From the human T2T-CHM13v2.0 reference genome, Homo sapiens, in the NCBI RefSeq assembly GCF_009914755.1, contig NC_060929.1: a stretch of 64,000 nucleotides of DNA; one strand, 5' to 3'. Shown in pieces: positions 26,431-40,995 of this stretch; within the stretch, counting starts at the first letter, position 1, and the number at the start of each line of letters is the position of its first letter. The position numbers and the translations under genes were made by a program. A model generated the notes under the pieces. It had not been told where the DNA came from. It saw nothing but the letters and a program-made list of their open reading frames with translations, and ran no database searches.

Positions 26431-27549
26431 GAGTCTGTAAACTCAATACTTAAGAGCAGAAATTAAAATGAGGTTTATTATCATGAAGTAAATCAAATCA
26501 TTTTGAAAAAAAATCTGAAAAAGAGTCAGCATTATTTATACCAGTAATTTCACTGTGCCCTCTTCTTTGAATCCCTGACATATGAAAAGGCTTCGTGCTT
26601 CAAATGAATCACTGAAACTTGCTGTCAGTCCGCTTTTGTTCTGAGAGTGAATATCAGGCATAGATGTTGGCCCCACTTTTAAACTAAAAATGACTAATTT
26701 TTTCAAAAGTCATATGTGTGATTGTCATCTTCAGCCCTTGAAACAGCAATGACAGAAAAAATATCACTTTGGATGTTATGGTTAAAAGTAATATTCCTTT
26801 GAAAAACTTAAATTAAAACAGATAAATAAGCACATGTTAAGTTAGTACAATTTATGCTTTAAGACAATATCATTTAGAGGAGCAGACTTTTTAGCCTTTT
26901 AAACAGTGATACATCTCTTCTTCATTGGTCAGATAGGCCTCCCTTGAGTAAAACAGCCTTAGAAAGCTTTGGAATTCTCCACTTGCTGGCAAATCCATGG
27001 GGCTGAAGTATCTGCTGCCATGCTATTTTATATCCTATGTAATGAACTGATCAACAACTTGCAAATAAGTGTTTCTCAAAAATGCTCTTTTACATGAAAA
27101 AATCTGCATGGGTGTGGCTGTTGAATAATGGATGTGCTTAATGGAATGGACGCTAATTTTAATGCAAATGGTTTCTTTGGCAATAGTGTGGATTTTAGTG
27201 TCTTCAAATAAGAAGGAGGTTGCATTAGCCTTCCTTATCAGGGCTGTCTGTGGCTGCACTGATACTACTGTGGGAAGAGTAAATAGCCAGGATATTGGAT
27301 TAAAGATTGGTAAAGATTGCCCTTAATCAGACTGACTATTTCTCCCCTGAAAATGCAGGAGGGAAACATTATTCCCTTCTCAACTCCTTCCTACATAGTA
27401 GAGTTGCCGGCTACCTAAAGGAAAGAGGATTTGTATAGAACCTGACTTTCTTGACCAGCATAACTTTGCAAAATTCTGGCAATAGATATTTAAATTTTTA
27501 TTCTCCTCTGGAAGAAGCAAGCCATAGGATGGACTTGGTAGTGCCTTTT

Positions 27550-27917
<368 letters not shown>

Positions 27918-28452
27918 TGATCTCTCCCATCCTTGTTCATCCAAATGTATATGATTTTAATAACAGGCTGTATTTTACAATTTCTTTTTACCCAGAGACA
28001 TTTGACTTTTACAAAGATTCCATAATGTAGGTGGAATATATGTTGTTATCTTTGACTGAGAGAAAAGTAATCAAAGGAGGCAAAGTATCTTAAAGGAGCT
28101 ATGGTAATTATCTCACCACAACCTATAATTCTCTAAGTGAAAATTTACTGAATGGCTTTAAAGAATGAAGCACAGGACTCATTTATTGTGTCTACAGCAG
28201 ATTCTTGGGTGTCACACATAGTCACTTCTTTCCACTCCTTGCTCAGCTACAAATTACTATCCTCAGTTTCACACGCAAAACCTGAGGCAAGAATAGTGAG
28301 TTGCTCAAGGTCACACAACACAATAGTGACAGAGACAGGTAATGCTATTAATATACTTAAACCTACTAACAGAAATCTCAAGATTTGTTTCTCAATATTA
28401 TAACAATTTTCACACACACAGCGAAGTTGAAAGAATTTTACACTAAACACCT

Positions 28453-29330
28453 TGTATTAGTCAGGGGTCCCCAGTGAAATAGAATCAGTATGATATATAG
28501 ATACACAGAGAAGGAGAGAATATACATAGATATCTACATATAGATTTATTACGAGGGGTCGACTCAGATGATTATGGAGGCTGAGACCTCCCAGGATCTA
28601 CCATCTGCAAGGTGGAGACCCAGGAAGTTGGTGATGAATTTCCAAGCCAAACCCAAAGGCCTAAGAATCAGGAGCACTAATGCCTAAGGGCAGGAGAAGA
28701 TGAATATTCCAGCTCAAGCAGAGAGCAAATTCACCCTTCCTCTGCTTTTACGTTCTGTTCAGTTCCTCAACCTGATTCCCACCTGCATTAATGGGGGCAG
28801 TCTTCTTTACTCAGTCTAAAAACTTAAATATTAATTGTATTGGTTTTTTCTTATATTGCTATAAAGAACTACCTGATACTGGGTAATTTATGAAGAAAAG
28901 AGGTTTAATTGACTCACAGCTCTGCGGGCTGTATGGGAGGCATGCTGGGGAGGCTTTAGAAAAAACAATCATGCCAGAGGTTGAAGGGGAAGCAGGCACA
29001 ATCTTTACATGGCAGAGCAGGAGAGAGAGAGAGTGAAGGGGGAAGTGCCACACACTTTTAAACCATCAGTTCTCGAGAGAACTCACTTACTGTCATAAGA
29101 ACAGCAAGGGGAAATCTGACCCCGTGATCTAATTACCTCCTACCAGGCCCCTCCCCTGACACACGGGAGTTACAATTTGACATGAGATTTGGGTAGGGAC
29201 AGAGAGCCAAACAGTATCACTAATCTCTTCTGGAAACACCCTGACAGATACACCCAGAAAAAAAATGTTTTACCAGTTATCTGGGCATTCCTTAGTGCAT
29301 TCAAGTTAACAAATATGACTAACCATCACA
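28453..29330 (-). mobile_element. MLT2 (ERVL) solo LTR interrupted by MSTA
   Basis: tgtattagtcagggg...gattatggaggctgag...ggaaacaccctgacaga...aaccatcaca; TSD cacct/caccc. Confidence 0.85.
28836..29219 (-). mobile_element. MSTA-like MaLR solo LTR
   Basis: gctataaagaactacctgatactgggtaatttatgaagaaaagaggtttaattgactcacag...gagccaaacagtatca; TSD ttaat/ctaat. Confidence 0.9.
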
Positions 29331-29568
29331 CACCCACATACTCACCCATATACCATTAACATTTTGCTAAATTTGTTCTAACTTGAATCTATTCAGTTAT
29401 CTATTCCTCTGTGCCTTCATCAAACCATTTTATTTCCTGACACGTTTTAAAGTGAATTGCAAATATTGGAACGCTTCTTCCTAAATATTCACTGTGCATA
29501 TCATGCACTACAGCTTAATATTTTATGTAAAAATTACATACAATAAAGTCCACAAAGCTAAAACTATA

Positions 29569-29769
29569 CAGTAAGCCCTCACCTCATGTTGTTGATAGGT
29601 TCTTACAAATTGACTTTAAGTGAACTAATATACAGCAGGTCTTCAGATAACATTGTTTAGTTCAACATGGTTTTGTTACAATGACGATGAGGGGAAAAAA
29701 TTAGGTCTGCTACTTGTTTCACTTAAAGTCAGTTTTCAAGAATTGATGACATTAAGTGAGGCCTTACTA
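29569..29769. mobile_element. MER6C-like TcMar-Tigger MITE
   Basis: Terminal inverted repeats cagtaagccctcac / gtgaggccttact, TA upstream, internal inverted segments gactttaagtgaa / ttcacttaaagtc. Confidence 0.8.
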
Positions 29770-32700
29770 TTCATTCACAAAGTTTTGATAAAACTGTACA
29801 CCTGTGTAATACAAACCCCTGTCAAGATACAGAACATTACCTTCATCCCAGAACATTTCTTTATGCACCTTCTTAGTCAATAGCCTCTTCCACCTTCCCA
29901 TTACCAGAGGCAACCACTACTTCAATTTTTTTCACTTTAGAGTAATATTACTTGGACTAGAATTTCATATAAATGTAGTCATATAGTATGCACTCTTTTC
30001 TACTAGCTTTATTTCACTCAGCATAATGTTTCTGACAGTCATCCATTCTGTTGTGTGTGTTAGTAATTTTTTTGTCAACAGCTGAGTAGTATTTTATTGT
30101 ATGAGTATACCAAAGTTTATTTATTCGTTCTTGTATTGATTAACCCCAGAGCTACTTCCAGTTTGGGCTATTAAGTATACAGTTGCTAAGGCTTCTTGTA
30201 TGTGTCTTTTGTGAACTCCTATTTTTCTTTCTTTTGGGTGTATATTTAGTTATATAAGAGGTAGTGTGAACATTTCCAAAATGATTGTGTCATTTATATT
30301 ACTACCAGCAACATACGATAGGTCCAGTTCCTCCACAACCACATCAACGTTTAGTATCAGGCATCTTAATTTTAGCGATTCCAAATGGTATGTAGTCATT
30401 TCATATGGTTGTAATTTTAATTTCCCCCATGATTAATGAAGCTGAGCACTTTCCCATGTGTTTATTGGCCATTAATATATTTTTTTCAAGTGTTCAGATC
30501 TTTTAATCAATTTTGTGGGGGGAGTGGTATTAATAGGGCCTAGATACCAGCCTTTTGCCAGATACACGTTTTGACAATATTTCATCCTAGTTTGTGGCTT
30601 TTCTATTCATTTTCTAAATAGTATATTTTGACAGGCAGTTTTTAATGTAGAAGAATTATAATTTATCTTTTTCATTCTTTCACGATTGTTCCTTTCTGTA
30701 GTTTTCCCAGTAAGTATTTTGCTACCCCTGAGTTAAGAAGATACCCTGCTATGTTTTACTCTAAAGTTTTATATGGTTTATACAGGAGTTGAATTTTATT
30801 TTTTAAAATGGATATTGTTATTTCCACTTGGTTGGTGAAAAGACTTTTCTTTCTTATTTATTTTTACTGTTTAAATTTGAAAAAAGTAAGTGTGCATGAG
30901 GATTTCATTCTGGGGTCTGCATTCTGTTCTTTTGATTTATTTCCCAATCCTTCCATTAGTCTGTCTCTATTATTATATAAGTCATGAAGCCCAGTAATGC
31001 AAGTATTCTAACATTGTTCTTCTTTTTCAAGATTTATTTGAATTAAATCCTTTGCTTTTCTATATAACTTTTAGATTAGCTTACCAATTTTCTAAAAAAT
31101 ATATGCTGTGATTATAACTGTGATCACATTTATCTATTGGTCAATTTGGAGATAAATAACATTTTAACAATATGGAATCTTCAAATCTATGAACATTTAA
31201 GCCTTAAAAAATTTCTCTCAACAGTGTTCTGTAGTTTAGTTTTCTGCTACAATAATATTTCATTGGTACAAATTTATAGAGCACATATTAAATGTAAGTG
31301 GTATATAATGCATTGTGATCAAGTCAGAGTACTAAAGGTGTCCATCACCTGAATACATTTTTGTTAACTATATTTATCTTACTCTGCTATCAAACATTGA
31401 ATTTATTCATTCTAACTGTATTTTTGTACTCTCTAACCCACTTATCTTCATCCTCCCGCCTCTCCCCCACTCACCCTTCCCAGTTGCTGTTATCAATCTT
31501 TCCACTCTCTACTTCCACGTGTTCAAATTTTTTAGCACCCACATGTAAGTGAGAATATGCAATATTTGTCTTTGGGGGTCTGGTTTATTTCAGTTAAAAC
31601 AATGACCTCCAGTTCCACTCAAGTTGCTGCAAATGACATGATTTTATACTTTGTTATGGGCCAAATAGTATTCTATTTTGTATATATACCACATTTTCTT
31701 TATCCATTTATTCATTGATGGAAATAGGTTGATTCCATATTTTTGCTATTGTGAATAGTGCTGCAATAAATATGTAAGTGCAGAAATCCCTTTGATATAT
31801 TAATTTCTTTTCCTTTGGGTGGATACCCAGTAGTGGGATGGCTGGATCCACTGGTAATTCTATATTTAGTTTCTTGAAAAACCTCCATACTGTTTTCTGG
31901 AGTGGCTGTACTTGCTTACATTCCCATCAACAGTGCATAAGAGTGCCCATTTCTCTGCATTCTCACTGACATTTGTTATTTTTCTTTCTTTTTAATAATT
32001 GCTGTTCTGACTGGGGTAAGATGATTTCTCATTGTAGTTTTGATTCATACTTCTCTGATGATTAGTGATGTTGAGCATTTTTTATATACCTATTGATCAT
32101 TTGTATGTTTTATTTCAAGAAATGTCTATTCGTATATTTTGCTCACTTTTTAATGGGATTTGTTATTCTGTTGAGTTATCTGAGATCCTTGTGTATTATA
32201 AATATTAGTCCTCTGTTGGATGAATAGTTTTCAAATAGTTTCTCCCATAAAACAGGTTGTCTCTTCACTCTATCGAGTATTTCCTTTGCTGTTCAGAATG
32301 TTTTCAGTGTAATTAAGTCCCATTTGTCTATTTTTCTTTTGGTTCCCTGTGCTTTTGAGGTCTTAGTCACAAATTTGTCTACACCAATATCCAGGAGAGT
32401 TTTCCCTAGGTTTTCTTCTAGTATTTTTATAGTTTCAGGATTTGCGTTTAAGCCTTTAATCCATTTTGAGAAAATTGTTGTATATGGTGAGAGATAGGGA
32501 CACAGTTTCATTCTTCTGAATGTAATGATCCTATTTTCTCAGCACAATTTGTGAAGAAGGTATCCTTTCTCCAGTGTTAATTCTTGTAGGCTTTGCTGAA
32601 GATGAATTGGCTGTAAATATGTGGCTTTATTTCTTGGTGCTCTGTGCTATTCCATTGATCTATGTGTCTATATTTTTGCCAATGCCATGCTGCTTTGGTT

Positions 32701-33598
32701 ATTATAGCCTTTTAATATGTTTTGAAGTCAGATAATGTGGTGGCTCCAGGTTTGTTCTTTCTGCTCAGGACAACTTTGGCTATTTGGGATTTTTCTAAAC
32801 TCCATATAAATTTTTAGGAATTTTTCCTAATTCTGTGAAGAATGAATGACATTAGTGTTTTGATAGGCATTGCATTGAATCTGTAGATTGCCTTTGGGAA
32901 TATGGTCATTTTAATAATATTAATTCTTCCTAGCCATAAGCATGGGATGCTTTTCCATGTTTGTGTCATATTCAATTTCTTTCATTGGCATTGTATAGTT
33001 TTCCTTGCAGAGATATTTTACCACCTTAGTTACATTTATTCCTAGGCATTTTCTGTAGCTATTGTAAATGGGATTGCCTTCTTGAAGTCTTCTTCATTAG
33101 GTAATTATTGGTGTATAGAAACACTACTGATTTTTGTGCATTGATTTTGTACCCTGAAACTTTACTGAATACATTTATCAAATCTAAGACATTTTTGGTG
33201 GAAGCTTTAAGTTATTCTAGATATAAGATTATATCCTCAGCAAAGAAGGATAATTTGACTTACTCTTTTACTGATTGCTCTTGCTAAGACTTCCAGTATT
33301 ATGTTGAATAAGAGTGGTGAAAGTGGGCATTCTTGTCTTATTTCAGATTTTAGAGAAAAGGCTTTCAACTTTTCCCCATTCATTATAATGGTAGCTGTGG
33401 GTTTGTCTATACAGTTCTTATTATTTTGAGATATATTCCTTTGATGCCTAGTTTGTTGAGAGTTTTTATCATGAATGAATGTTGAAATTTATCAAATGCT
33501 TTTTCAGCATTATGAAGATAATCATATCATTTTTGCCCTTCATTCTGTTGATGTGGTGTGTCACATTTATTGATTTGCATATGTTGGAAATCACACTT

Positions 33599-33957
<359 letters not shown>

Positions 33958-35641
33958 TCATTTTGCTAGTATTTTGTTGAGGGTTTCTGCATCTAAGTTC
34001 GTCCAGGATATTGGTCTACAGTTTTCTTTTATTGCCATGTTATTGTCTGGTCTTGATATTGGGGTGAGCCTGGCCTTGTAGAATGGGTTAGAGTGAATTC
34101 TCTCCTCTTCAATATTTTGAAATACTCTCAGGAGGATTGGTATTAGTTCTTTTTATGTTTTGTAGAATTTGCCTTTGAATCCATCCAGTCTTGAGCTTTT
34201 CTTGTTGAGAGATTTTTTATTACTGATTTAATCTCACTACTGATTATTGGTCTGTTCAGGTTTTCAATTTTTTTCTGATTCAACCCTGGTCGGTTGTATG
34301 TTTCCAGAAATTTATCTATTTCCTATATGTTTTCCAGTTTGTGAGCATATAGTTGTTCATAATAGTTTCTGTTAGTCTTTTGTACTTCTGTGGTGTCAGT
34401 TGTGATGTCTCCTTTATCATTTCTGATTTTGTTTCTTTGAGTCTTGTCCCTGATTTTCTTGGTTAATCTAGCTATCAGTTTATTAATTTTCTTTACCTTT
34501 TCAAAGAAGAAATTTTTCATTTTGTTGATCCTTTGTATTGTTTTTTTAGTCCTTATTTAATTTTGTTCTATGATTTTATTATTTCTTTTCTTATGCTAAT
34601 TTGGGGTTTTGTTCTTGCTTTTCTAGTTTTTTGAGGTCCATTGTTAGATTGTTAATTTGTAATCTTTCTGCCTTTTGATATAAGCATTTACCACTATAAA
34701 CTTCTTTCTTAGCATTGCTTTTGCTGTATCCCACAGGTTTTGCTATATTTCCATTTTCATTTGTTTCTAGAATTTTTTTGATTTTTATCTTAATCTCTTT
34801 GTTGACCTAATGGTCATTCAGGTGCATGTGTTTCACTTCCATGCATTCATATGGTTTACAAAGTTCCTCTTGATATTAGTTTCTAGTTTTATTTCACTGG
34901 GAATGAGAAGATACTTGATGTAATTTTAATCTTTTTAAAATTTAAGACTTGTTTTTTGGCCTAACATATGGTCAATTCTGCAGAATGTTCTATAATTCTA
35001 TAATTATCTGTGAGGACCATTTGGGTTTGGTCTAAATTTCAGTTTAAATCCAATGTTTCTTTGTTGATTTTCTGTCTAGATGATCTATCTAATGCTGAGA
35101 GTGGGATGTTGATGTCGTTTACTATTATTGTTTCTCAGGCTTTCCCTCCCTTTATATCTAGTGCTTTATAAATCTTGGTGCTCCAGTGTTGTGTGCATAT
35201 ATATTTAGAATTGTTATATCCTCTCAAAGGATCAATCCTTTTGTCATTATATGATGACCTTCTTAGTCTTTTTTTTTTTTACTGTTTTTGACTGAAAGTC
35301 TATTTCATCTGATATAAATATAGCTAGTCCTGCTTGCTTTTGATTTTCATCTCTGTGGAATATCTTTTTCCTTACCTTTATTTTCAATCTGTATATGTCT
35401 TTACTGGTAAGATGAGTTTCTTGTAAGCAGCAAATAGATTATTTTAAAAATGCGTTCAGCCATTCTTTATCTCTTACACGCACGCTCTCACGCTCTCTTT
35501 ATATATGAGAGAGAGTGTAGGGTCAATCTAGCAGTGGTAATGAATTCCTTCAGTGTTTGCTTGTCTGGGAAAGTCTTAATTTCACTTTCAATTATGATGG
35601 ATAATTTTGCTGGACATACTATTCCTTTCTTGGAAATATCC

Positions 35642-35790
35642 ATATGTATATATATGTGTGTGTATATATATGTGTGTGTGTATGTATATAGATGTGTATA
35701 TAGCTAAATACATATATCTATATATGTGTATGTGTGTATATATGTTTATGTATGTGTGTGTATATATATGTAAATATGGATGTTTAAATA

Positions 35791-35866
<76 letters not shown>
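35642..35866. repeat. Compound microsatellite: degenerate (TA/TG)n, then (TA)n(GA)n
   Basis: Direct reading; pure (TA)n at about 35794-35828 and (GA)n at about 35829-35866. Confidence 0.95.
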
Positions 35867-35870
<4 letters not shown>

Positions 35871-35887
35871 GTAAATATTCCTCACTA

Positions 35888-36075
35888 AAGCGATGTTCCC
35901 ACTTCAGCCTCCCTAGTAGCTGGAACTACAGGTGTGCACCACCATGTCTAGCTAATTTTTTTTTTTGTAGAGATGGGGTTTTGCCATGTTTCCCAGGGTG
36001 GTCTCAAACTCCTGAGCTCAAGGCATCTGCTCACCTCGGCCTCCAAAAATGCTGGGATTACAGTCATGAACCACC
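35888..36075 (-). mobile_element. Partial AluJ
   Basis: ttgccatgtttcccagggtggtctcaaactcctgagctcaag AluJ diagnostics; right arm truncated. Confidence 0.85.
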
Positions 36076-36076
36076 A

Positions 36077-36492
36077 TTCTATATTTTTAAATTAAAAATA
36101 TTCTATATTTTTAAATTAAAAATATTCTATATTTTTAAATTAAAAATATTCTATATTTTTAAATTAAAAATATTCTATATTTTTAAATTAAAAATATTCT
36201 ATATTTTTAAATTAAAAATATTCTATATTTTTAAATTAAAAATATTCTATATTTTTAAATTAAAAATATTCTATATTTTTAAATTAAAAATATTCTATAT
36301 TTTTAAATTAAAAATATTCTAATTTTTAATTTAAAAATATTCTAATTTTTAATTTAAAAATATTCTAATTTTTAATTTAAAAATATTCTAATTTTTAATT
36401 TAAAAATATTCTATATTTTTAATTTAAAAATATTCTATTTTTTAATTTAAAAATATTCTATTTTTTAATTTAAAAATATTCTATATTTTTAA
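36077..36492. repeat. AT-rich minisatellite, 24/23-bp unit, about 17.5 copies
   Basis: 10 identical ttctatatttttaaattaaaaata units (36077-36316), then seven 23-24-bp variants and a partial unit. Confidence 0.98.
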
Positions 36493-39400
36493 GTAAATAA
36501 TTTAATTTTCTTGCATTCAAGGTTATCATTGATATGTGAGGTTTTGTTTCTACCCTATTGTTGTTTCCTGATTGTTTTATATATTGTTCCTTTTTCTTTT
36601 ATTGTTTGTGTGATTTGGTAGATTTCTTTAGTGGTATCCATTTGAATCCTTTCTCTTCCTCCTTTGTGTGATTGCTTTACCAGTGAGTTATGTACTTCGA
36701 TGTGTTTTCATGATGGTAAATTTTGTTCTCTTGCTTCCAGGTTTAGGACTCCCTTGAGCATTTCTTGTAGTGTCAATCTAGTTGTGGTAATGAATTCCTT
36801 CAGCATTTGCTTGTCTGGAAAAGTCTTAATTTCTCTTTCTTCTATGATGGATAAATTCGCTGGACATTCTACTCCTTTCTTTCAACACTTTTTTATAAAT
36901 TTTATTTTATACTCAGGGGTACATGTCGGGTTTGTTATATAGGTAAACTTGTGTCATGGGGGTTTGCTGTACAGATTATTTCATCACCCAGGGATTAAGC
37001 CTAGTACCCATTAGTTATTTTTCCCTATCCTTTCTCTCCTCCGACCTTTCACCCTCCGATAGACCCCAGTGTGTTTTGTTCCCCTCTATGTGTCCATGTG
37101 TTCTTATCTTTTAGCTCCCAATTATAAGTGAGAATATGTGGTATTTGGTTTTCTGTTCCTGCATTAGTTTTCTGAGAATAATGGCCTCCAGCTCCATCCA
37201 TGTCCCTGCAAAGGGCATGATCTTGTGTTTTTGTGGCTGCATACTATTCCATGGTGTATATGTACCACATTTTCTTTATCCAGTCTATCATTGGTGGGCA
37301 TTTAAGCTGATTCCATGTCTTTGCTATTGTGAACAGTGCTGCAATAAACATATGCAAGCATGTGTCTTTATAATAGAAAGATTTGCATTCCTCTGGGTAT
37401 AAACCCAGTAATTGGATTGCTGGGTTGGATGGTATTTCTGTTTTTAGGTCTTTGAAGAATCACCACAATGTCTTCCACAATCGTTGAACTAATTTACACT
37501 CCCACCAAGTGTATAAGCATTCCTTTGTCTCCACCACTCTACCAGCATCTGCTATTTTTTTGACTTTTTAATAATAGCTCTTCTAACTTGTGTGAGATAA
37601 TATCTCATTGTGGTTTTGATTTGCACTTCTGTAATGATCAGTGATGCCGAGCTTTTTTTCATATGCTTGTTGGCTTCATGTATGTCTTCTTTTGAAAAGT
37701 GTTTATGTCATTTGCCCACTTATTAATGAGGTTGTTTTTTTCTTGTAAATTTGTTTAAGTTCCTTATAGATGCTAAGTATTAGAGCTTTGTCAGATGCAT
37801 AGTTTGCAAAAATTTTCTCCCGTTGCTTAGGTTGTCTGCTCACTCTGTTGATAGTTTCCTTTGTCTTGCAGAAGCTCTTTAGTTTAATTAGATCCCATTT
37901 GTCAATTTTTGATTTTATTACCATTACTTTCATCATGAAATCTTTGCCCACGCCTATGTCCTGAAGGGTGTTGCATAGGTTGTCTTCCAGGGTTTTTATA
38001 GTTTTGGGTTTTACATTAAAGAAAGTATTTAATCTACTTTGAGTTAATTTTTGTATATGATTTAAGGAAGGGATCCCGTTTCAATCTTCTGCATTTTGCT
38101 AGTCAGTTATCCAGCACCATTTATTGAATAGGAAATTCTTTCCTCATTGCTGGTTTTTCTCAGGTTTGTCAAAGATCAGATATTTGTAGGTATGTAGCTT
38201 AATTTCTGTTCCATTGGTCTGTGTATCTGTTTTTGTACCAGTACCAACCTGTTTTGGTTATTGTCACCCTATAGTGTAGTTTGAAGTCAGGTATTATGAT
38301 GCCTCCAACTTTATTCTTTGTGCTTGGGATTGCCTTGGCTATTTGGCTAGTTTTTAGTTTCATATTAATTTTAAAGTAGTTTTTTCTAGTTCTGTGAAGC
38401 ACTTTAATGGTAGTTTAATAGAAATAGCATTGAATCTATACATTGCTTGGGCAGTATGGCCATTTTTACAATATTGATTCTTCCTATCTATGAGCATGGA
38501 ATGTTTTTCCATTTGTTTATGTCATCTCTGATTTCTTTGAACAGTGTTTTGTAGTTCTCCTTGTAGAGCTCTTTTACCTTGCTAGTTAGATGTATACCTA
38601 TGTATTTTATTCTTTTTGTGGCAATTGTGAATGTGTTGCTAATTTGGCTCTCTGCTTGACTGTTGATGTATAGGAATGCTAGTGATTTTTGCACACTGAC
38701 TTTGTATCCTGAGAAAATGCTGAAGTTGTTTATCAGCTTAAGAAGTTTTGGGGCTGAGACTATGGGTTTTCTAGATATAGGATAATGTCATCTGCAAACA
38801 AGGAGAGTTTGACTTTCTCTCTTACTACTTGCATGCTCTTTATTTATTTCTCTTGCCTGATTGCCCAGGATTGGCCAGGACTTCCAGTACTATGTTGAAT
38901 AAGAGTGGTGACAGAGGGCATCCTTGTCTTGTGCCAACTTTCAAGAGAAATCATTCCAGCTTTTGCCCATTTAGTATGATATTGGGTGTGGGTTTGTCAT
39001 GTATGACTCATTATTTTGAGGCATGTTACTTCAATACCTAGTTTACCGAGAGTTTTTTAACATGAATGGGTATTGAATTTTGTTGAAAGCCTTTTCTGCA
39101 TCTATTGTGATAATCATGTGGTTTTTGTCTTTAGTTCTGTTTATGTGATGAATCACATTTATTGATTTGCATATGTTGAACAAACCTTGCATCCCAGGGA
39201 TAAAGACTATTTGATCATGGTGGTTAAGCTTTTTGATGTGCTGCTAGATTTGGTTTGCCAGTATTGTGTTGAGGATTTTTTTTATCAATGTTCATCAAGG
39301 ATACTGGCCTGAAGTTTTCATTTTTTGTTGAATCTCTGCCAGGTTTTGGCATTAGGATAAATGCTGGCCTCATCTAATAAGTTAGAGAGGAATCCCTCCT

Positions 39401-40995
39401 CAATGTTTTGAAATAGTTTCAGTAGGAATGGTATCAGCTTTTCTTTGTACGTCTGGTAGAATTCAGCTGTGAGTACCTCTGGTCCTGAGCTTTTTTGTTG
39501 TTGTTGGCAGGCTATTAATTACAGACTCAATTTCAGAGCTCATTATTGGTCTGTTCAGGGATTCAATTTCTTCCTGGATCAGTCTTAGGAGGGTGTATTT
39601 GTCCAGAAATTTATCCATTTCTTCTAGATTTTCCAGGTAATGTGATTAGAGGTGTTCATAATATTCTCCAGTGGTTGTTTGTATATCTGTGGGGTCAGTG
39701 GTAATAATGCCGTTGTTGTTTCCGATTATGATTATTTTATTCTTCTCTCTTTTCTTGTTTACAAGTCTAGGTATCAGTATATCTATTTTATTAATTTTTT
39801 CAAAAAACTTCTCCTGGATTCATTGATTCTTTGAAGGGTTATTTTCTATTTCAACCTTCTTCAGTTCAGCTCTGATTTTGGTTATTTCTTGTCTTCTTCT
39901 AGCTTTGTAATTTGTTTGCTCTTGGTTCTCTAGTTCTTTTAGATGTGATGTTAGGTTGTTAACTTGAAATTTCTCTAACTTTTTTATGTGGGCATTTAGT
40001 GCTATAAATTTCCCTATTAGTGCTGCCTCATCTGTGTCCCAGAGATTCCATTATGTTGTATTCCTGCTCTCATTAGTTTCAAAGAACTTCTTGATTTCAT
40101 CCTTAATTTTATTATTTACCCAAAAGTTATTCAGGGGCAGGTTATTCAATTTTCATGTAATTGTATGCTTTTGAGTGAATTTCTGAGTCTTGATTTTTAA
40201 TTGATTGTACAGTGATAGGAAAGACTTATGATTTCAGTTCTTTGCATTTGCTGAAGAGTGTTTTACTTCTAATTATGAGATTGATTTTAGTGTATGTGCC
40301 ATGTGGTGATGAGAAGAACATTTATTCTGTTGTTTTGAGGTGGATAATTCTGTAGATATCTATCACATCCATTTGATCCAGTGCTGAGTTCAGATCCTCA
40401 ATATCCTTGTTAATTTGCTGTCTCGATGATCTAATATTGTCAGAGGGGTGTTAAAGCCTCCCACTATTATTGTGTGGGAATCTAAAAATGTTTTTGAAGG
40501 CCTCTAAGGACTTCCTTTATGAATCTCAATGCTCCTGGGTTGGGTGTATATGTATTTAGGATAGGTAGAGATCCTACTGAATTGAACCCTTTACCATTAT
40601 GTAATGCCTTTATTTGTCTTTTTTGATCTTTGTTCATTTAAAGTCTGTTTTGTCAGAAACTAGGATTGCAACCCCTGTTTTTTTCTGTTTTCTATTCACT
40701 TGGTACATTTTTTTCCATCCCTTTATTTTGAGCCTATATGTGTCACTGCATGTAAGATGGGTGCCTTGAAGACAGCATACCAATGGGTCTTCGTTCTTTA
40801 TTCAGTTTGCCACTCTGCATCTTTTAATCAGGGCATTTAGCCCATTTATATTTAAGGTTAGTATTGATATGTATGGATTTGATCCTGTGATCATGATGTT
40901 GGCTAGTTATTTTACAGACTTGTTTATGCAGGTGCTTTATAGTGTCACTGGTCTGTGTATTTCGATGAGTTTTTGTAGTGCCTGGTAATGGTCTT

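Noticed and set aside
35780-36322. 180-aa ORF with (YI)n, (ER)n and (FYIFKLKI)x10
   Set aside because: It is the translation of a microsatellite, an AluJ piece and the 24-bp minisatellite; open only because the repeat unit has no stop in this frame.
36077-36492. Regular 24-bp repeat array as a CRISPR-like locus
   Set aside because: Units are head-to-tail with no unique spacers, there are no cas genes, and the context is primate DNA.
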